A DNA stretch of 64,000 bases from Hyphochytrium catenoides (taxonomy: Eukaryota; Protista; Hyphochytriomycota): assembly GCA_900088475.1 (NCBI GenBank), contig FLMG01001299.1, positions 1 to 64,000 of the forward strand. The letters are read 5' to 3'. Within the stretch, counting starts at the first letter, position 1; the number at the start of each line of letters is the position of its first letter. The position numbers and the translations under genes were made by a program. Shown one piece after another: positions 14,301 through 27,416 of this stretch. The notes under the pieces are model-generated. The model searched no databases, was not told the DNA's origin, and worked only from the letters and a program-made list of their open reading frames with translations.

Positions 14301-17300
14301 ATTGCCTCCCTTCAAGTCTGAACCGTCCACCGCCGATCTTGCGCGGGTCTTCATTCCCACTGAGGCCACAGCTGCTGCGGAGCAGTGGCTTACCGTGACC
14401 CTAACAACAGGAGGAGGAGCAGTGTTGGTGGGGAGAAGCGGGGGAGGGAAGCGAAGAGTGATGAATAACTTTCTTCGGCGCTGGGGCCTCCTCACAGACG
14501 GGATAGACATAAAACATATCGCAATGACTAGCGAGCTATCCTCCGCGCGACTGCAGAGATATTTGGAGAGCCAACTAGTTGGAAGGGAGGCAGAGGACAG
14601 TGGAAAACAAGAAAGACCAGAGTGTGAAGGGGGCGAGATGTCTCCTGGGGAGGGCACCAGACTGCTGCTAGTATTCGTGGAGGATGTCAGCGACGGTATT
14701 GAAAAGAGTGTAGAGTCCAAAGGCAACGCACTGGAGCTTCTACGGCAGTATTACGACTACGAAGCATGGTAAGGGACTCAAGCTGAAACTAGCTGTCGTT
14801 CTTCAGTACATCTTCGTGCTTATGCATTGTGTTTTGTTGCTGCCTGTTACTTGGGCCCAATGTCAAGCATCCAAAGGGCTACTTAGTGATCCTTGGTTCC
14901 TGCTTCCCTCAGGTATGATCGGGGAAAATGGCAGCTGAAGTCTATAACCGGCTGTGCCTTCTACGGCTTAATGAACTACAGCGCCATTCCTTCTTCCTTA
15001 GCTAGAAGGCTTCTCCGCCACCTTTCCGTGGTACCCCTTTTTTCATTCCGTGCGTCGTCTCTCTCTTCTCTGCTGGTTACGCTCCTGGACGGCGCGCTTA
15101 CCGGTTCACGCTCTGATGCCCGGTCATTGATGCTGCCCCTCTCTGAGCTCTTGGTAGATCTCCATTGGACAATAGTCCAACGCTTCCGTCCTAGTCAGTC
15201 ACGGCCACAATTTGTGTTCGGACTGCACAACCTCGTACGTGTGGCACTTTCTATTTGCAAAATAGACAGAGCTACCTTGAAAGGACCGCTTCTCGTTGAG
15301 GTCAGTGGGTGTTCCCAGTATTCTCCTCTAATGTATGCTCGGAAGTCTGCTGCTTACTCTCAACCCTTAGTGTCCTTTCCTCTCCACCTCCCACTTTTTG
15401 CTAGCTAAGTCGTCGACCTTAAGCCTGGTTCTTTCTAAATTGCTTTTCTCCAGTTGCTCTCTCATGAGCTAGAGCGCGAATATGGAGACAGACTCCCAAC
15501 CGCTGATGAGCGAGCGCAGTTCTCCTCTCTCCTTCTGTCGAAGTTCCCGAAGTTCATTCCCCAAGAAGCGATTCCCTCCTCCTCTGCCGAACCTACTGAG
15601 AAAGCGGCAGGCCCAGATACTGAAAATCCCTTCAAACCGCAGTCCCTACTCTTCCAGGCGTTTCCTCCTCTGGCTTCTCAAGAAAAAGAGAATGACGTAG
15701 GAAGGCCAACAGGATATAAGAAGATAGACAACTTGTCTCTAGCGTACAAACAGTTCTCCACCTCCTCTAGCGCGGTACTGTTCAGACCACGTCCGGACCG
15801 TCGTCTTTTGCTCTGTGAAGCTCTCTTCTGTCAGATCCTTAAGCTCTCCCGAATACTTTGCTCCTACAAGGGTCACGCTGTTCTTTCGGCTCCCTCTGGT
15901 TATGGAAAGAAGACTCTTGCCTCTCTTGCGGCTCTCTGTCTGCAAATCCCCGTTCGGAATCTCCCATTATCAGCTACTCCTCTAAGTGCCGAAGATCTTC
16001 GAAGCAGCCTCCGAACTATAATGGCTGAATTTACAACCGATATGTCAGGTACTGGAGTTCTACTCACGATTAGGGAGGAGGAGGTTCTAGACTGCAAAGG
16101 CTGGGCCGTGCTTGCTGCTTTCCTATCCGGTAAATTAGAAGGAGAAGTCCTCAATGCGGATGACAAGGAGATGCTAACCTCATTGGTGAGGAATCTAATA
16201 GGTCTAGCACGGTTCGCATCGTCTTCCTCACTGATTGTTATATACCCCTGCCTCCTCTAGGTGTGCGAGAAGGCTCGAAGTAACGGTGAAGTCCTGGATC
16301 AAGGGCAGGCCTGGCAGCGGTGTCAAGGTCTCCTGCAAGAACGAGTCCATGTCTTTCTCCTTTCCGGGACCGAACTCTGCCGCTTTGGAAAGGAAGTAAC
16401 TTCCATGATGCAACTCTGGTGCGCACTGAAGAAGAGCGGTTACCTATCTCTCACGCAGAAGACCTCTTTGCTCTCCATGCTCGTTTTCATCATAGTGTTA
16501 GTGTCTCCGTTGCACTCTTCGGCTATGTAGCCAGATTCTTGGCGGTGTGCTGGCACGAATATGACTGCCTAACGCTAGTCAGTCCTAATACAACCCTTGT
16601 CCTTTCCTCTCTTTGACAGCACTGTGATTTGTCTTCCTCCACTTCTGGCTCCAGATTTGTCCTTCCTTGCACAGCAGGCGCTTGGAACCCTGGAGACCCT
16701 TGACCCTAAACTGCGACCAGGAGTGGAAGAATTCTTAGCACAAGCCTTTCTGAGGGCACAGGAGTTGGAAGAACCAAAGGTTCAGAATAGTTCTGATGAC
16801 AGGGAGCCTTACTTCAAGCCCCAAGCCCCTTCTTGAGAGCTTTCTTTGCCGCCCTCTTGCCATCTCCATGGTTCGTCAGCCATTAACCACAAACACTCAC
16901 GTTACCACCTTAGGCCGAGGCCGTAACCTCCTCAGATTTCTACGAGTCCTTGCACACCTTCTGCCACCTGTACATTGAAAAACAGCAAGCAACCCGGCAG
17001 GTTCATCAAATCTCTATCTACCTTCGTCTGTTTCCCTTTAGCCGAATGAAGTTTTTCTGTTCCTTAAAAGGGAAAGGCCCCTGTCTCGCATCATCTTTTC
17101 TTGTTTAGACCAGGCAATGCAAAAACTTAGGTTCTTCCCTTAAACTTTCTTTCAGCAATTGATGGCCCTGGCGAGCGCAACCTTTCGACTGGAAGAGGTG
17201 GAGGGGTCCATCAAAGTCTTCCAAGCTGCCCTCAAGAAGGCGATGACCGAGGTCGACCAAAAGAGGAAAGGTCTAGGCGCTGCCTTCGAGAAGGTGAGCT

Positions 17301-20300
17301 ACACGTGCAGGACGGGGGTAAAGTTATTCATAGATGTCCGTCCTAATTCTTCCTAGGTTGAACGGGAGAAATCCAATAGTGTGGCTCTGCAAGCTGCAGT
17401 AGAGAGTCAGAAGCTTGTCTTTCAACGGCTCAGCATGGAAGTGGAAGCGAAAAGGAAGGAGAAGCAGGTTAGGTTGTGGACTTGCAAACGTTCACCCCCA
17501 GCCCCGCCTAGGGTATTCCTTTCACGTTATTATTTATGCAAACCTGCTGTTACACAGGGCGAAGAGATCAAAGCAGCTCCCTTTCTACGCGGCATGCTTC
17601 TGGCTTTGGACCGTTTAGAGGTAAAGGAGGTCGGGCGAATGAAGCTCCTCACGCAATTGCCAGAGGACTGTGACCCTATCGTAGCCGCTTTAGCTGTGCT
17701 GATGGCTGGGGTGCACAAAGGAGTCACCATTCAAAAAAATGGCAAGGTAGGAGGAGGACGGTCATGTGTCGCGTTAGGCAACTTGCCTTCGTCGCGTCCC
17801 CTCCATTCTCTCCATTTTCTTTTCCTTCCGTTCTGAGAAAGAGAAGGCATTCCACCAATACGTCAAGCATTGCCTAGCGGGCTCTTACCTCCCACAGTTT
17901 TAGTGATGGTTCCGCTATCGTGTTATGCTTTGCCCTCTGCCTCTCCTCACCACTCTCTGGAGTTCTCACAACGCTATGTACAATGTTTCTTAGGTCCTTG
18001 AGACGCATCGGACGTGGAAGGTGTTGCGCTCTTCACTGTTCGCCAATATCGCCGAGTTCCTGGAGGAGGATCTGCCGAAATTTATCAAGATGATTGAAGA
18101 ACAAACAGTCCCAGGAGTAAACTGGGTTGAGGCAAGCACTCTCTGTTTCTTTGTTGGTGCTAGTCTTCTCATTTGAATCTTCTGCCGTGGCAGGGTACCG
18201 CCTCAGTCCTAGTCTTTACTCCCTCTGTTTTGCTACCTCTTCTAACGCGATAAAACTCTCTTATCCTTCCAGCTTCGGCCGTTCCTTAATCTAAAGGCAT
18301 TCACAGTGGAGGTCCAGCAGAGGCGGCATCCCGTCACGGCTGCACTATGCGAATGGCTTCTGAACGCCACGCAATACAACGAACTTATGGCGAAGCTGCT
18401 TCCTAAGAAGAAAGTTCTGAAAGAGGTATGAGAATACTACTTACCACTATTGTTCTCGACCCCTGCTGGAGAAAAAGAAACCGCCCGTCCTGCCCAAGTG
18501 GCGCTTTCAGCCGCGTAGCACTCTGTGACTAAAGAGTAATGTCATAGTTTGAGGAAAGGTTCGAGAAGGAGCAAGTCAACCTTCAAATAGCTGAGAGGGA
18601 GGCTATGGAGGGCAAGGCTAAGCTTCACACAGCGGAGGAGAAGTACGCACAGGCACTTCAAGAAATCAAGGATGCTGAAGGTTTCTCCTCTCCATTATGT
18701 CTCGCTCCTGGTCCCTGTAGGTTCTTATCTGACTTGTCCCTTCGCTGTACCATGGCCGTTCTTAGGGATCGTGGCGAAGAGTCAAGAAGCCACGACTTTA
18801 GCTTCAAAACTTGCGGAGGCATTCGAATCTGACGTTGAGAAGGTGAGACACCACGAGTGCAAGAGAAGGAGAGTGTAAAGAGGCTGGAGGAGCCATACGA
18901 TGAATAAGGCGGAAGTGGTCAGGGTGTGCAAAAGAGGGGAGCCAAAGAACCTCTACCAATTGTGTCTCTTTCGTTCCTCGCGTATGTTAGTGGAAGTCTC
19001 GGGAAGCGTCACTTAGACGCCAGTCAGAGACGCTGCTCGGCAGCAGTCTCATCACTAGTGCTTTCCTGAGCTACTGCGGCCCTTTTAGTCCCGATGTCAG
19101 AGCGGGGATGATCAGCAAGGTAAGGCCGACCTATCCTCCTCCTCCGGTATACTTTGCAGGGCGCCAAGTGATTGTGGGCATGACGGGCCCTTACTTCCCT
19201 TTCCGTTTCCCGGAGAGAAAGCATCCTTCTGCTTTAAGATTATCTCTTACAGCCTCTTCTCGACTTGAGCTATGTCTGTACATTCACATGATTCCTTGCC
19301 ATCGAGCTCATACCGTTTCTTCCTCCGGTTATTACCGGCATTTTGCGGCTGGCCACGTAGTGGATGGAGCTTCTAATTGGCCTAAAGCAAAGCGGGAATG
19401 ATCTTCCATTGTCGCCTAGTTTTTCTCCGTCTTCGTTCCTTTGTACATCGAGAGACACGCTCCTCTTTGCCCAAAGCAAGTTGCCCACGGACGAGTACTC
19501 GATACAGAGCGCCGCCATTGTCAAGAATGCAACCAGGTAAGCAAGTACGACCAAGGAAATGCGGCTTAGACCGTTGATAGCTGGATGAATGGCAGACATC
19601 ACATTCTGCAATTCTGACCGGAATCTCTCTTTCGCTACCTGCATCTCTCTTTGGCGCAATAATTCCATCAGGAGAGCTGTTCTAGTGAAAGACCCCTATC
19701 TCCAAGCCTCTCAGTGGCTGAAGACGCCAGGAGCACTGGGGCTGGATCAGGTGGTATTCACAAAGCTTGGAGGAGGAACAGGTGAAGGGGTCGACAATAT
19801 TGATCAAGCAGTCCAAGCAGCCGTTGAATGGGGAAAGACACTCGTGGTGGACGGAGTTGGAACCTCCAGTTTCCCTCTTTCTCTCTGTGCAGCAGCAACT
19901 CTTGACACTATGCAGCGCAATGGTCAGGAGCTGCTATACTGGGGATCGACTGAAGTCCGTCTCCATCCCTCGTTCCGGCTTGTTCTGCTCTGTCCTCTCT
20001 CCGCTCCCCCACTACCGCAGTCTGTGCGCAGAAAAGTGCAGGTCACCTCCTTTTGTTACGTCTCACCGTCAACGTTGGAGGCAGAATTGAGCAAAGTGGC
20101 ACTGGAGAAGTGTCGTCCTTTGCTCTCTCGCGCCTACTACTCTCTTTGTGCCAGGCAGTCAAGATTGAAGGCCGAGGTCTCTCTGGCAGAGGTGAGAGAC
20201 CACCACCGTCAGATTTTTAGCCTCGCTTCAATCTTTCCCAAGGTTCTTCAACTTCTAGCTCACACACTCTCATCACGTTGTCACCTCTTATTTCCGTGCT

Positions 20301-23300
20301 AAGTTCAGAAGATGACTAGGTCTCTTCTCTTTGCTCCACTTCTCATCGGGCGTTGACCCACGTTTTCGGGTCGGGCCTTCTTCTTACCCTTCAAACTCTG
20401 GGATTTAGGATGCGATGGTGCTTGAGATTGGGAGCTATCAGGGGGAGCTCTACAATGATAAGGAAAAAATACGAAGCCTTACAAATATGAAGACCACCAG
20501 CGAAACGCTGAGGAAAACTCTCTCTTCTGCCTCCACACCTCGAGAAGCGATGGAGGTGCAGATTGAATACTACAAAGGGATCGCAGAGAGGGCAGCTCTT
20601 CTCTTTCTCTGGTTGCAGGAGCTGGAGAAAGCGCATCACGTATACTGCTTCTCTTTAGCTTCATTTGTTAGTCTATTTCGTAGTGCAGTCGGCAAGTTTC
20701 TCGAGACGGAGGATAGGGATGGTCTGGAGGTAGCTTTCTCAGCTGGGGCACTGAGGCGGCGGCTAACTGCGGACCCGCCAAGGCTTCCTACGAATCCGCC
20801 TCGCACTCACTGGTGCTCTTACTGCTTCGGCGACTCAGACAAGTCTCCTACCGACGGAGAGGTTGAAAAGGCCGTGAAAGAATGGAAGGAGAAAGACGTA
20901 GCGGCCTCGGAGGAAGAGGTAAGGGCACATCAACCATCTTCTCCCTCTAAATTCTATGCTACCAACATAGGACTAGTCAACGGCTCACTCATCTCTCGTT
21001 AGTTGGTAAATGCCAAGTATGACTTCCTTATTCTCTGTAGGCGCTCAAACTCGTGGCAAACTTGCGTGACTACGTCAGTCAAGCGGTGATACAGCTAGCC
21101 AAACAGGCGCTTTTGCCCGAACATATTCTGCCCGCCGCTCTAAGGCTCGCTCTCCTCCTTCTCAGGCAGGAAATGAAGGAACCTGAGAACGCAGAACTTG
21201 TTCAAAAGGTAAGAAGCCGTATTACAAGGAAAGCGAAGGAGGACGGGTACACGTTTATCATGGGGCGCTATCAGTATTGGTAAAGCTTACCCATTGCCGA
21301 AGGCTTTATAACGTTTATCCCAAGCCTGTTGCTTGGCACCACTTATCCTATGCGGGAGAAATCTCTCTGTTAACTTTGTCCACGCCGCAGTTTCTTCCTG
21401 CTCCAGCGAGACGGACTTCGGGCTTATCCGCTCCTTCTGAGGTGTCTGAGTGGCTAGACAGCCAGACATGGGCATCCGTGAAACGTCTGGAGGAGGTTCC
21501 AGGGCTCACATCTCTGTCCTCTGAGATTTTGAAGGAGGCAGCGGAGTGGGAGGACTGGATAGAAGGTTACGCTCCGGAGCTGGATATGCCGACCGCGCTG
21601 AAAGGTGCCAAAGCGCATATCAGGCTTCTGTTAACAGGTATGAATAGGCAGCAGTTTTGACACCTTTGGAAAGAGGCACAGTCGATGGAAAATCAGTACG
21701 GAGAAGACAACACTTCACCGGTAATGGGCTGATCCTCTCTTTTTCTCTAACCATGCAGCCAATCTTCGTCGTGATCGCCTTCAGGACGCCTGTGAGCTTT
21801 TTGTGTCGGAGCTTCTAGGTATGATTTTGCTATTACGTTGACTTCAGCGCTTCATTCCTCTCCCTTTATGTTTCTCCGAAGTGTTCTCTCCCTCCTGTCC
21901 TACCTCCTGTCTCTCCCTTTCCTCCGGTTGCTTGATTCTTCTAAAACCTTCGCATCCTATGCAGGTCAGCATGTGGGCAGGATCTACTTTTTTAGTGATC
22001 TTCCACTGTCTAACATTATCGCCCAAGAGACCTTACCGTCTACGCCAGTTCTTCTTTTCCAAACCGATGAGGCAGATATTGTCCGCGTCCTCTCCTCGCT
22101 AGCCGCTGACATGGGCTTCCCTGAGGAGAGAGGAAAGCTCTCCATCATCTCCCTCGGCTCTGTAGATGCTCAAGCGAAGACCGAGGCAACACTGAAGAGA
22201 TTTAGCCGCGAGGGCTGTTGGATTGTCTTGCATAACTTCCACCTTTGCCCATCAAGCTGGCAGGCAAAAATAGCGAAGCTGCTAGAGGAGAGCGCTCCCA
22301 CCTCTCACGCGCAATTTCGGTGCTTTATATTAATGGACTGGGCAGCGGCTCCATCCTTGCCCGAGCTGCTTCTTCGCCACTCTCACAAAGTCACCCTTGG
22401 GAAGAAGGCGTTATCTGCTAAAGCAGACTTCTACCAGATGTGGCTCTCTGCGGAGGCAAGTGCTCGAGGAGAAGGACTGCGTCGTCGTCAGGAGTTGGTC
22501 ACGGCAGTCTATGCTCTGTGTTTCCTTCATCTACACCTTAGGCGAAGGGAGCTTTGTGGGGGAGCTGGATGGGACTTTCCCCTGTCTATTCATCCCTCCA
22601 GTCTCCATACTGCCGTCAACTATATGCGCGACTTCGTGCTGCGTGTCGGAGGCGCCACCGGTGAGAGTGCTGTCGCCGCAGAAAAGTTTGGCACTTTGAT
22701 GCCATGGGAAGAGCTTCAATACGTCATTGGTAACATACTTTACGGGGCAACAGTGCGCGGCAAGGAGAACCAGTCCATATTGAGCTTAGAGGCGCAGCAT
22801 GTCCTCAGGGAAGAGGTTCTCACTCAAATGGAAGTCTCTCCTGGGTTTCAGCTGCCTTCGCCTGCTCAAAGTGATTTCTATGAACTAGCAGAACACATTA
22901 TCGGGGCGCTGCCGTCATATGGCTGGCGCTTGCAGCCTTGGCTTGCTGTCAAAGAACGGTACCATCTCTATGAAAGAAGTCTTTACTGCCCTTTACTCCT
23001 AGAAACAGCTACTAGCGCCTCAATGGCAGATAGAGACTCTGAGACGATGGCGGAGAACCGGACAAGGGAACATCTCGAGGCTATCAGAGCTGTTCTGCCA
23101 AAAGCAGAGCTCCAGCTCGACGGATTGCAGTCTCAAGTAAGCAGCACGGCAGAGACGGAAAGTGGCGCACTACTCCTCGCTCTCCTGGAGGAATGTGAGC
23201 TAATGAATGTCCTCATAAGAAGAGTCTCTGCTGATATAAGTGCATGTCTCGCGGTAGTACAAGGGGAGGCAAACAGCACGTTGCGGACGCAGCAGAACCT

Positions 23301-24087
23301 GGCCTCTGTTGCTTTGAACATCGTTCCACCTTCCTGGAGGTTGTCGGAGGCCACTAACCTTGGTTTATGGGTAAAGAACCTTGGCCCACAAGTCCTGGAG
23401 ATGCAGCGTTGGGCAACCGATGTGCAGCTCCCCGTCTGTTATGACCTGAGCCTTTTTAACAGTCCCAACCGCCTGCTTCTCGCCGTCATCCGATCCGGTG
23501 CGAAGAAGTTGAAGAGCTTGCCATCTGCCGTCGCTCTAGATGCCAGGCCTACTAGATGGATGACGCGAAATGAGGTTCAGGCGGCTGCTGAGAATGGGCT
23601 CTACGTCTGCGGCTTGAAGCTCCAAGGTGCCAGATGGGAAAGTACCGGCCAGCAAGGCAAGAAGGGCCAGAAGAGTGGTCAGCCCGATCAATCCCGATCT
23701 ACACTGAGGAGCAAAGCTGGCGACCAAGGTGAAGCACCATCTACAGCGAACAACACCCGAACCGCTGCTGGGACAGCCACCAAGGGTGGACGTACAGGGT
23801 CCTTACGCGCGTTGGCGGTACGCGATTGTAACTCCATGACCCCGTTTCCGGTGTTGCATATCTTTGCATCTGTGCCGCGGGACGTGGACAATGTAGTCCG
23901 AGCAGAAGACGGGATAAGCATCTATAGAGAGCTTTCTGACCAGTTTGACTGTCCAATCTACGAGACCAGCTCCCGCCGACACCGACTTGGCCTTATACCT
24001 CTTGCACTTGGACCAGATCTGTCTTCGAAAGACTGTTTGCTTCAACGCGTGACACTATTCCTCAGGGAAGATACGGACGTCAGCTGA
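5309..24087 (+). CDS. Divergent outer-arm dynein alpha-type heavy chain (kelch-IPT/TIG-filamin-linker-AAA ring-stalk/MTBD-C-terminal domain), many exons
   Basis: Kelch repeats (ARWGHT..FGG, PRWRHSA..FGG, PRGSHSA..FGG, KRSGH, FGGW), IPT (PPTGPVTGGTEI) and filamin (SYAFGPGL...DPGNGVYTVTYTAP). Also IRTRHWQQL, FLDQQR..P..FFVSD, DFKWRAQ, WRDGLLTSLLR, KWIVVDG, NALELLRQYYDY..WYDR, the MTBD (LAVLMAGVHKGVTIQKNGKV), DPYLQASQWLK, GCWIVLHNFHL, PWEELQYVIGNILYG, GLYVCGL.LQGARW and CPIYET. Confidence 0.9.
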
Positions 24088-24229
24088 ACAGAGGGCCAAC
24101 GTCGCTCTTCATATCTCTGTTCCCATACGCCCGTAATAAGAGGGAGAGAGTGTGTGCAGACAGCAGTGTAAGGAGCAGCAAAAGCTCTACGCAGAGTATT
24201 TATTTAGGGAATGAAAATGTTTGAGCCAG

Positions 24230-25090
24230 GGCTCGCCAGCTTTACGAAGCTGGGCGGCCCATCGGCTGATAGAAGCCCATAGAAGCTGCTCAGCGCACCT
24301 TCCACTTAGTTATAGTCCTTGCAGTTGGACGTATCACCATAGATTGTCTTCGTGCATCGAGCTCTTACCCTGTGGTCCACATATTTCTCTTTGCACGATG
24401 AGTATGATGAAGAGTACACTGGACTGCGGTCCGTACAGCTACCCTCCGCCTTAATATACAATGAACGCTAGCCCATGCCCCGTGAGCCAGTTCCGTGGTA
24501 CACAGTGTCACGTTCTTCTACTCATATACCCAGCCAAAGCGGAGGGACAGTGGAGACCCCTTCCTCTACACGGAGCGCGCTTGGTGTCTGTTAGGCCGTC
24601 CACTTGAAGGGGACCTAGAGATGTAACAGATTGGCACATGGTTGCCGATGTGGACCTGAGAGAGTAGTGCCAATATGCCCGACTCTCCCATAGCTCACAC
24701 ACCTTCCCTGCTTCTTGTTTGGCGGTATCTGGGCTGATGGGTATCCCAGGAGCAAGGGAAGCTTTGAAACGAGGAGGAGGGAGCTGTGGAAGATGGGGTA
24801 CGAGAGAACACATTACCTCTTTTGTCTGACATAGACTAGGACGCCATAAGCTATCCTAATGCTAGAGTACACGCTTCCATGTGTCAGGGATCGAGGAAAG
24901 CCTGCTTACTTTGTCAGGAGGACTGTGGTACGAAGCGTTTATCTGCTACTGGAGGACTTGCTTCATCATCTGTAGTCTTCACATTTCCGCAGGATGTGCA
25001 CTAACTAGCCGGCGCTCTTTCTTAATAACTTCTACGTCCCGACGTCGTCTGCCCCTAACTTGATAGTACCCGGCACTGCAGCGCTCTCTG
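24230..25090 (-). mobile_element. Degenerate Ty3/gypsy pol remnant (RT/RNase H fragments)
   Basis: Collinear minus-strand fragments broken by stops and frameshifts: AGYYQV (~25060), KQAFLDP*..TLAL (~24890), GILALLSQ...HVPICYISR (~24650) and QGKSSMHEDNL (~24360). Confidence 0.55.
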
Positions 25091-25159
25091 CCTGATCTCA
25101 GCTGAGGTCAATTGAGCAGAGGAGACACTGAGGAACAGGCGAAAGGCGAGACGAGTGTG

Positions 25160-27087
25160 GTGAACTACGTTCCCTACCCATCCAACAACCCCTTCACCCA
25201 TCCATCATCCCAAGTCCGTCTCTGGGAGCGTCAAGACCATTCAGGCTCTGACAGCTGCTACAGTCGTCATAGTATAGTTGCTGACTTGTATAACCTGCCT
25301 GTGATTAATACCCGTCACCAGACACACCACACATATGACTGATATCATACTACATGGTAGCTTGAGCTTTACCCTCCTCTCTGCATCTGGAGCGGCCTGG
25401 CTAGAGCAAGTGGCGAGGAAGCGGACAAGGAAAAGGACTCTGCGGCTCGCAGCGGAGCGGCGCGGAGGCCGCGAGTGAGTGCCAACTGGGAAAGGGAGCG
25501 AAGGAGCTCCAACCGCGGGCGCGAATGAGTGCCGATCGGGAAGGGGAGCAGGGGAGCTCCGACCGGCCAGCAGGAACTGTGCCACGGGCGCGAATGAGGG
25601 CCAACTTGGGAGGAAAGCGAGCGAGCTCCAACGGCCAGCGGGAACTGAGCCGAGGGCGCGAACGAGTGCCAACGGGACAGGGGAGCGAAGTAGCACCACT
25701 GGGCCAGCATGAACTGAGCGACGGGTGCGAGCACGGGCTACTAATGGACCATTGCACCGTGGGAATAGGAGCCCACGCAGTGAGCAGCGCGGCACGGACA
25801 GACCACTGTCACGTCGTCTTCTGGACCAATTGGTGTCTTCGGAAAGCGATCGCGAGGAGCACGAGGGTGGGACGGAGGACCCACCACCAGAAGAAGGAAT
25901 GAGCTCAGGCTCCGCGGGCGATAGTGAAGAAGGATTGGAAAACCTCTCCCGGCGAGACCCAGGGTTAGGAACGATCTCCGCGAGAGACCGCGAGCGGTTA
26001 CCGGTTTTTGAGGGGAACCAATCGTTCAGGCACCATCTCCGGGACTTGGAGGTGGTTAGTCGTCGTTGGACCGACGCACAGCGTGTAACGGCGCTGGAAG
26101 AGTCTATTGGGAAACAGTACCGCCATGTGCTAGGGTTACCTCGTGCTCCCCGCGATCGCTTTCGGAAGACTCCAATTGGTCCAGAAGACGACGTGACAGT
26201 GGTCTGTCCGTGCCGCGCTGCGCACTGCGTGGGCTCCTATTTCCACGGTGCAATGGTCCATTAGTAGCCCGTGCTCGCACCCGTCGCTCAGTTCATGCTG
26301 GCCCAATGATGCTCCTTCGCTCCCCTGTCCAGTTGGCACTCGTTCGCGCCCTCGGCTCAGTTCCCCCTGGCCGTTGGAGCTCGGTCGCTCCCCTTCCAAG
26401 TTGGCCCTCATTCGCTCCCGTGGCACAGTTCCTGTTGGCCGGTTGGAGTTCCCTTGCTCCCTTTCCCAGTTGGCACTCACTCGCGGCCGTGGCTCAGTTC
26501 CCGGTGGCCGGTTGGGGCTCCCTTGCTCCAGGCCTCCGCGCCGCTCCTCTGCAAGACGCAGAGTCTCCGCAGCGATGGCCAATACAAGCATGAGCTCTCG
26601 CTGCGTTAGCGTTCCAGATCCCTCCGACATTGTTGAGGTCAGGCTGCGAGACCGCTGCTTGCGTTCCGCGTCCCCCCACGGCCAGCAGCAGCGACTGCGC
26701 GGCCCCGTGATGCTGACCGCCGTTGCCTCCTGCTGCCACTTCGCGTTTCCACCATTCTCCTCCCTCTCTCTCTTTCCATTTCTCGTCCCACTCCTCTCTC
26801 TCGTCCACTAACCCTTACCTCGCCAGTTCCTCTAGCCAGGCTGCTTCCAGTGGCGGAGAGGAGAGGTAAAGCTCACGCAGCTCCCATGTAGTACTATATC
26901 AGTCAGATGTGTGGAGATGTGTCTGGTGACGGGGAAAACACTTAGTGATTTACCAATTAAGGATATACAAGTCAGCATCTCTATTACTACTAGGAGCTGT
27001 CATAGTCAGGGTCTGAATGGTCCTGAAGGCTCCAACAGAGTTGGAGGGATGAAGGGGCTGTTGGCTGGGTAGAACTCTCTAGTTCAC
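25160..27087. repeat. Long inverted repeat (arms ~25160-25866 and ~26139-27087, 272-nt loop) formed by two facing retroelement 5' ends
   Basis: 25701-25866 is the reverse complement of 26139-26304 with 5 mismatches. The outer arms are recognisably homologous but more diverged. The right arm has ~250 extra nt. Confidence 0.9.
25725..26138 (+). pseudogene. Truncated retrotransposon gag-like fragment
   Basis: RERLPVFEGNQSFRHHLRDLEVVSRRWTDAQRVTALEESIG resembles the gag capsid start (LPxFxG...WTDxQ...L). It is cut off at the right repeat arm. Confidence 0.55.
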
Positions 27088-27090
27088 TGT

Positions 27091-27099
27091 AGAGGAAAG

Positions 27100-27135
<36 letters not shown>

Positions 27136-27384
27136 GGGAGGGACGAGACAGGGAGACACAGAGGCAGAGACAGTGACAGAGACAGAGAGAGAAAGAGAGA
27201 GAAACACAGATAGAGAAAGAGAGACAGAGAGTGAGAGAGAGAGAGAGGAGGAGAGAGAGACAGAGACAGACAGAGTGAGACAGAGACAGCGAGAGAGAGA
27301 GAGGGGAGAGAAAGTGAGGGACAGAGACAGACAGACAGAGGGAGAGACAGTGACAGAGACAGAGAGAGAAAGAGAGAGAAACCC

Positions 27385-27416
<32 letters not shown>
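27091..27416. repeat. (GA/GACA)n microsatellite tract
   Basis: Directly visible. Confidence 0.95.

Noticed and set aside
25478-25720. Regularly spaced ~68-bp repeats as a possible CRISPR array
   Set aside because: Tandem degenerate units without unique spacers, a eukaryotic context and no cas genes.
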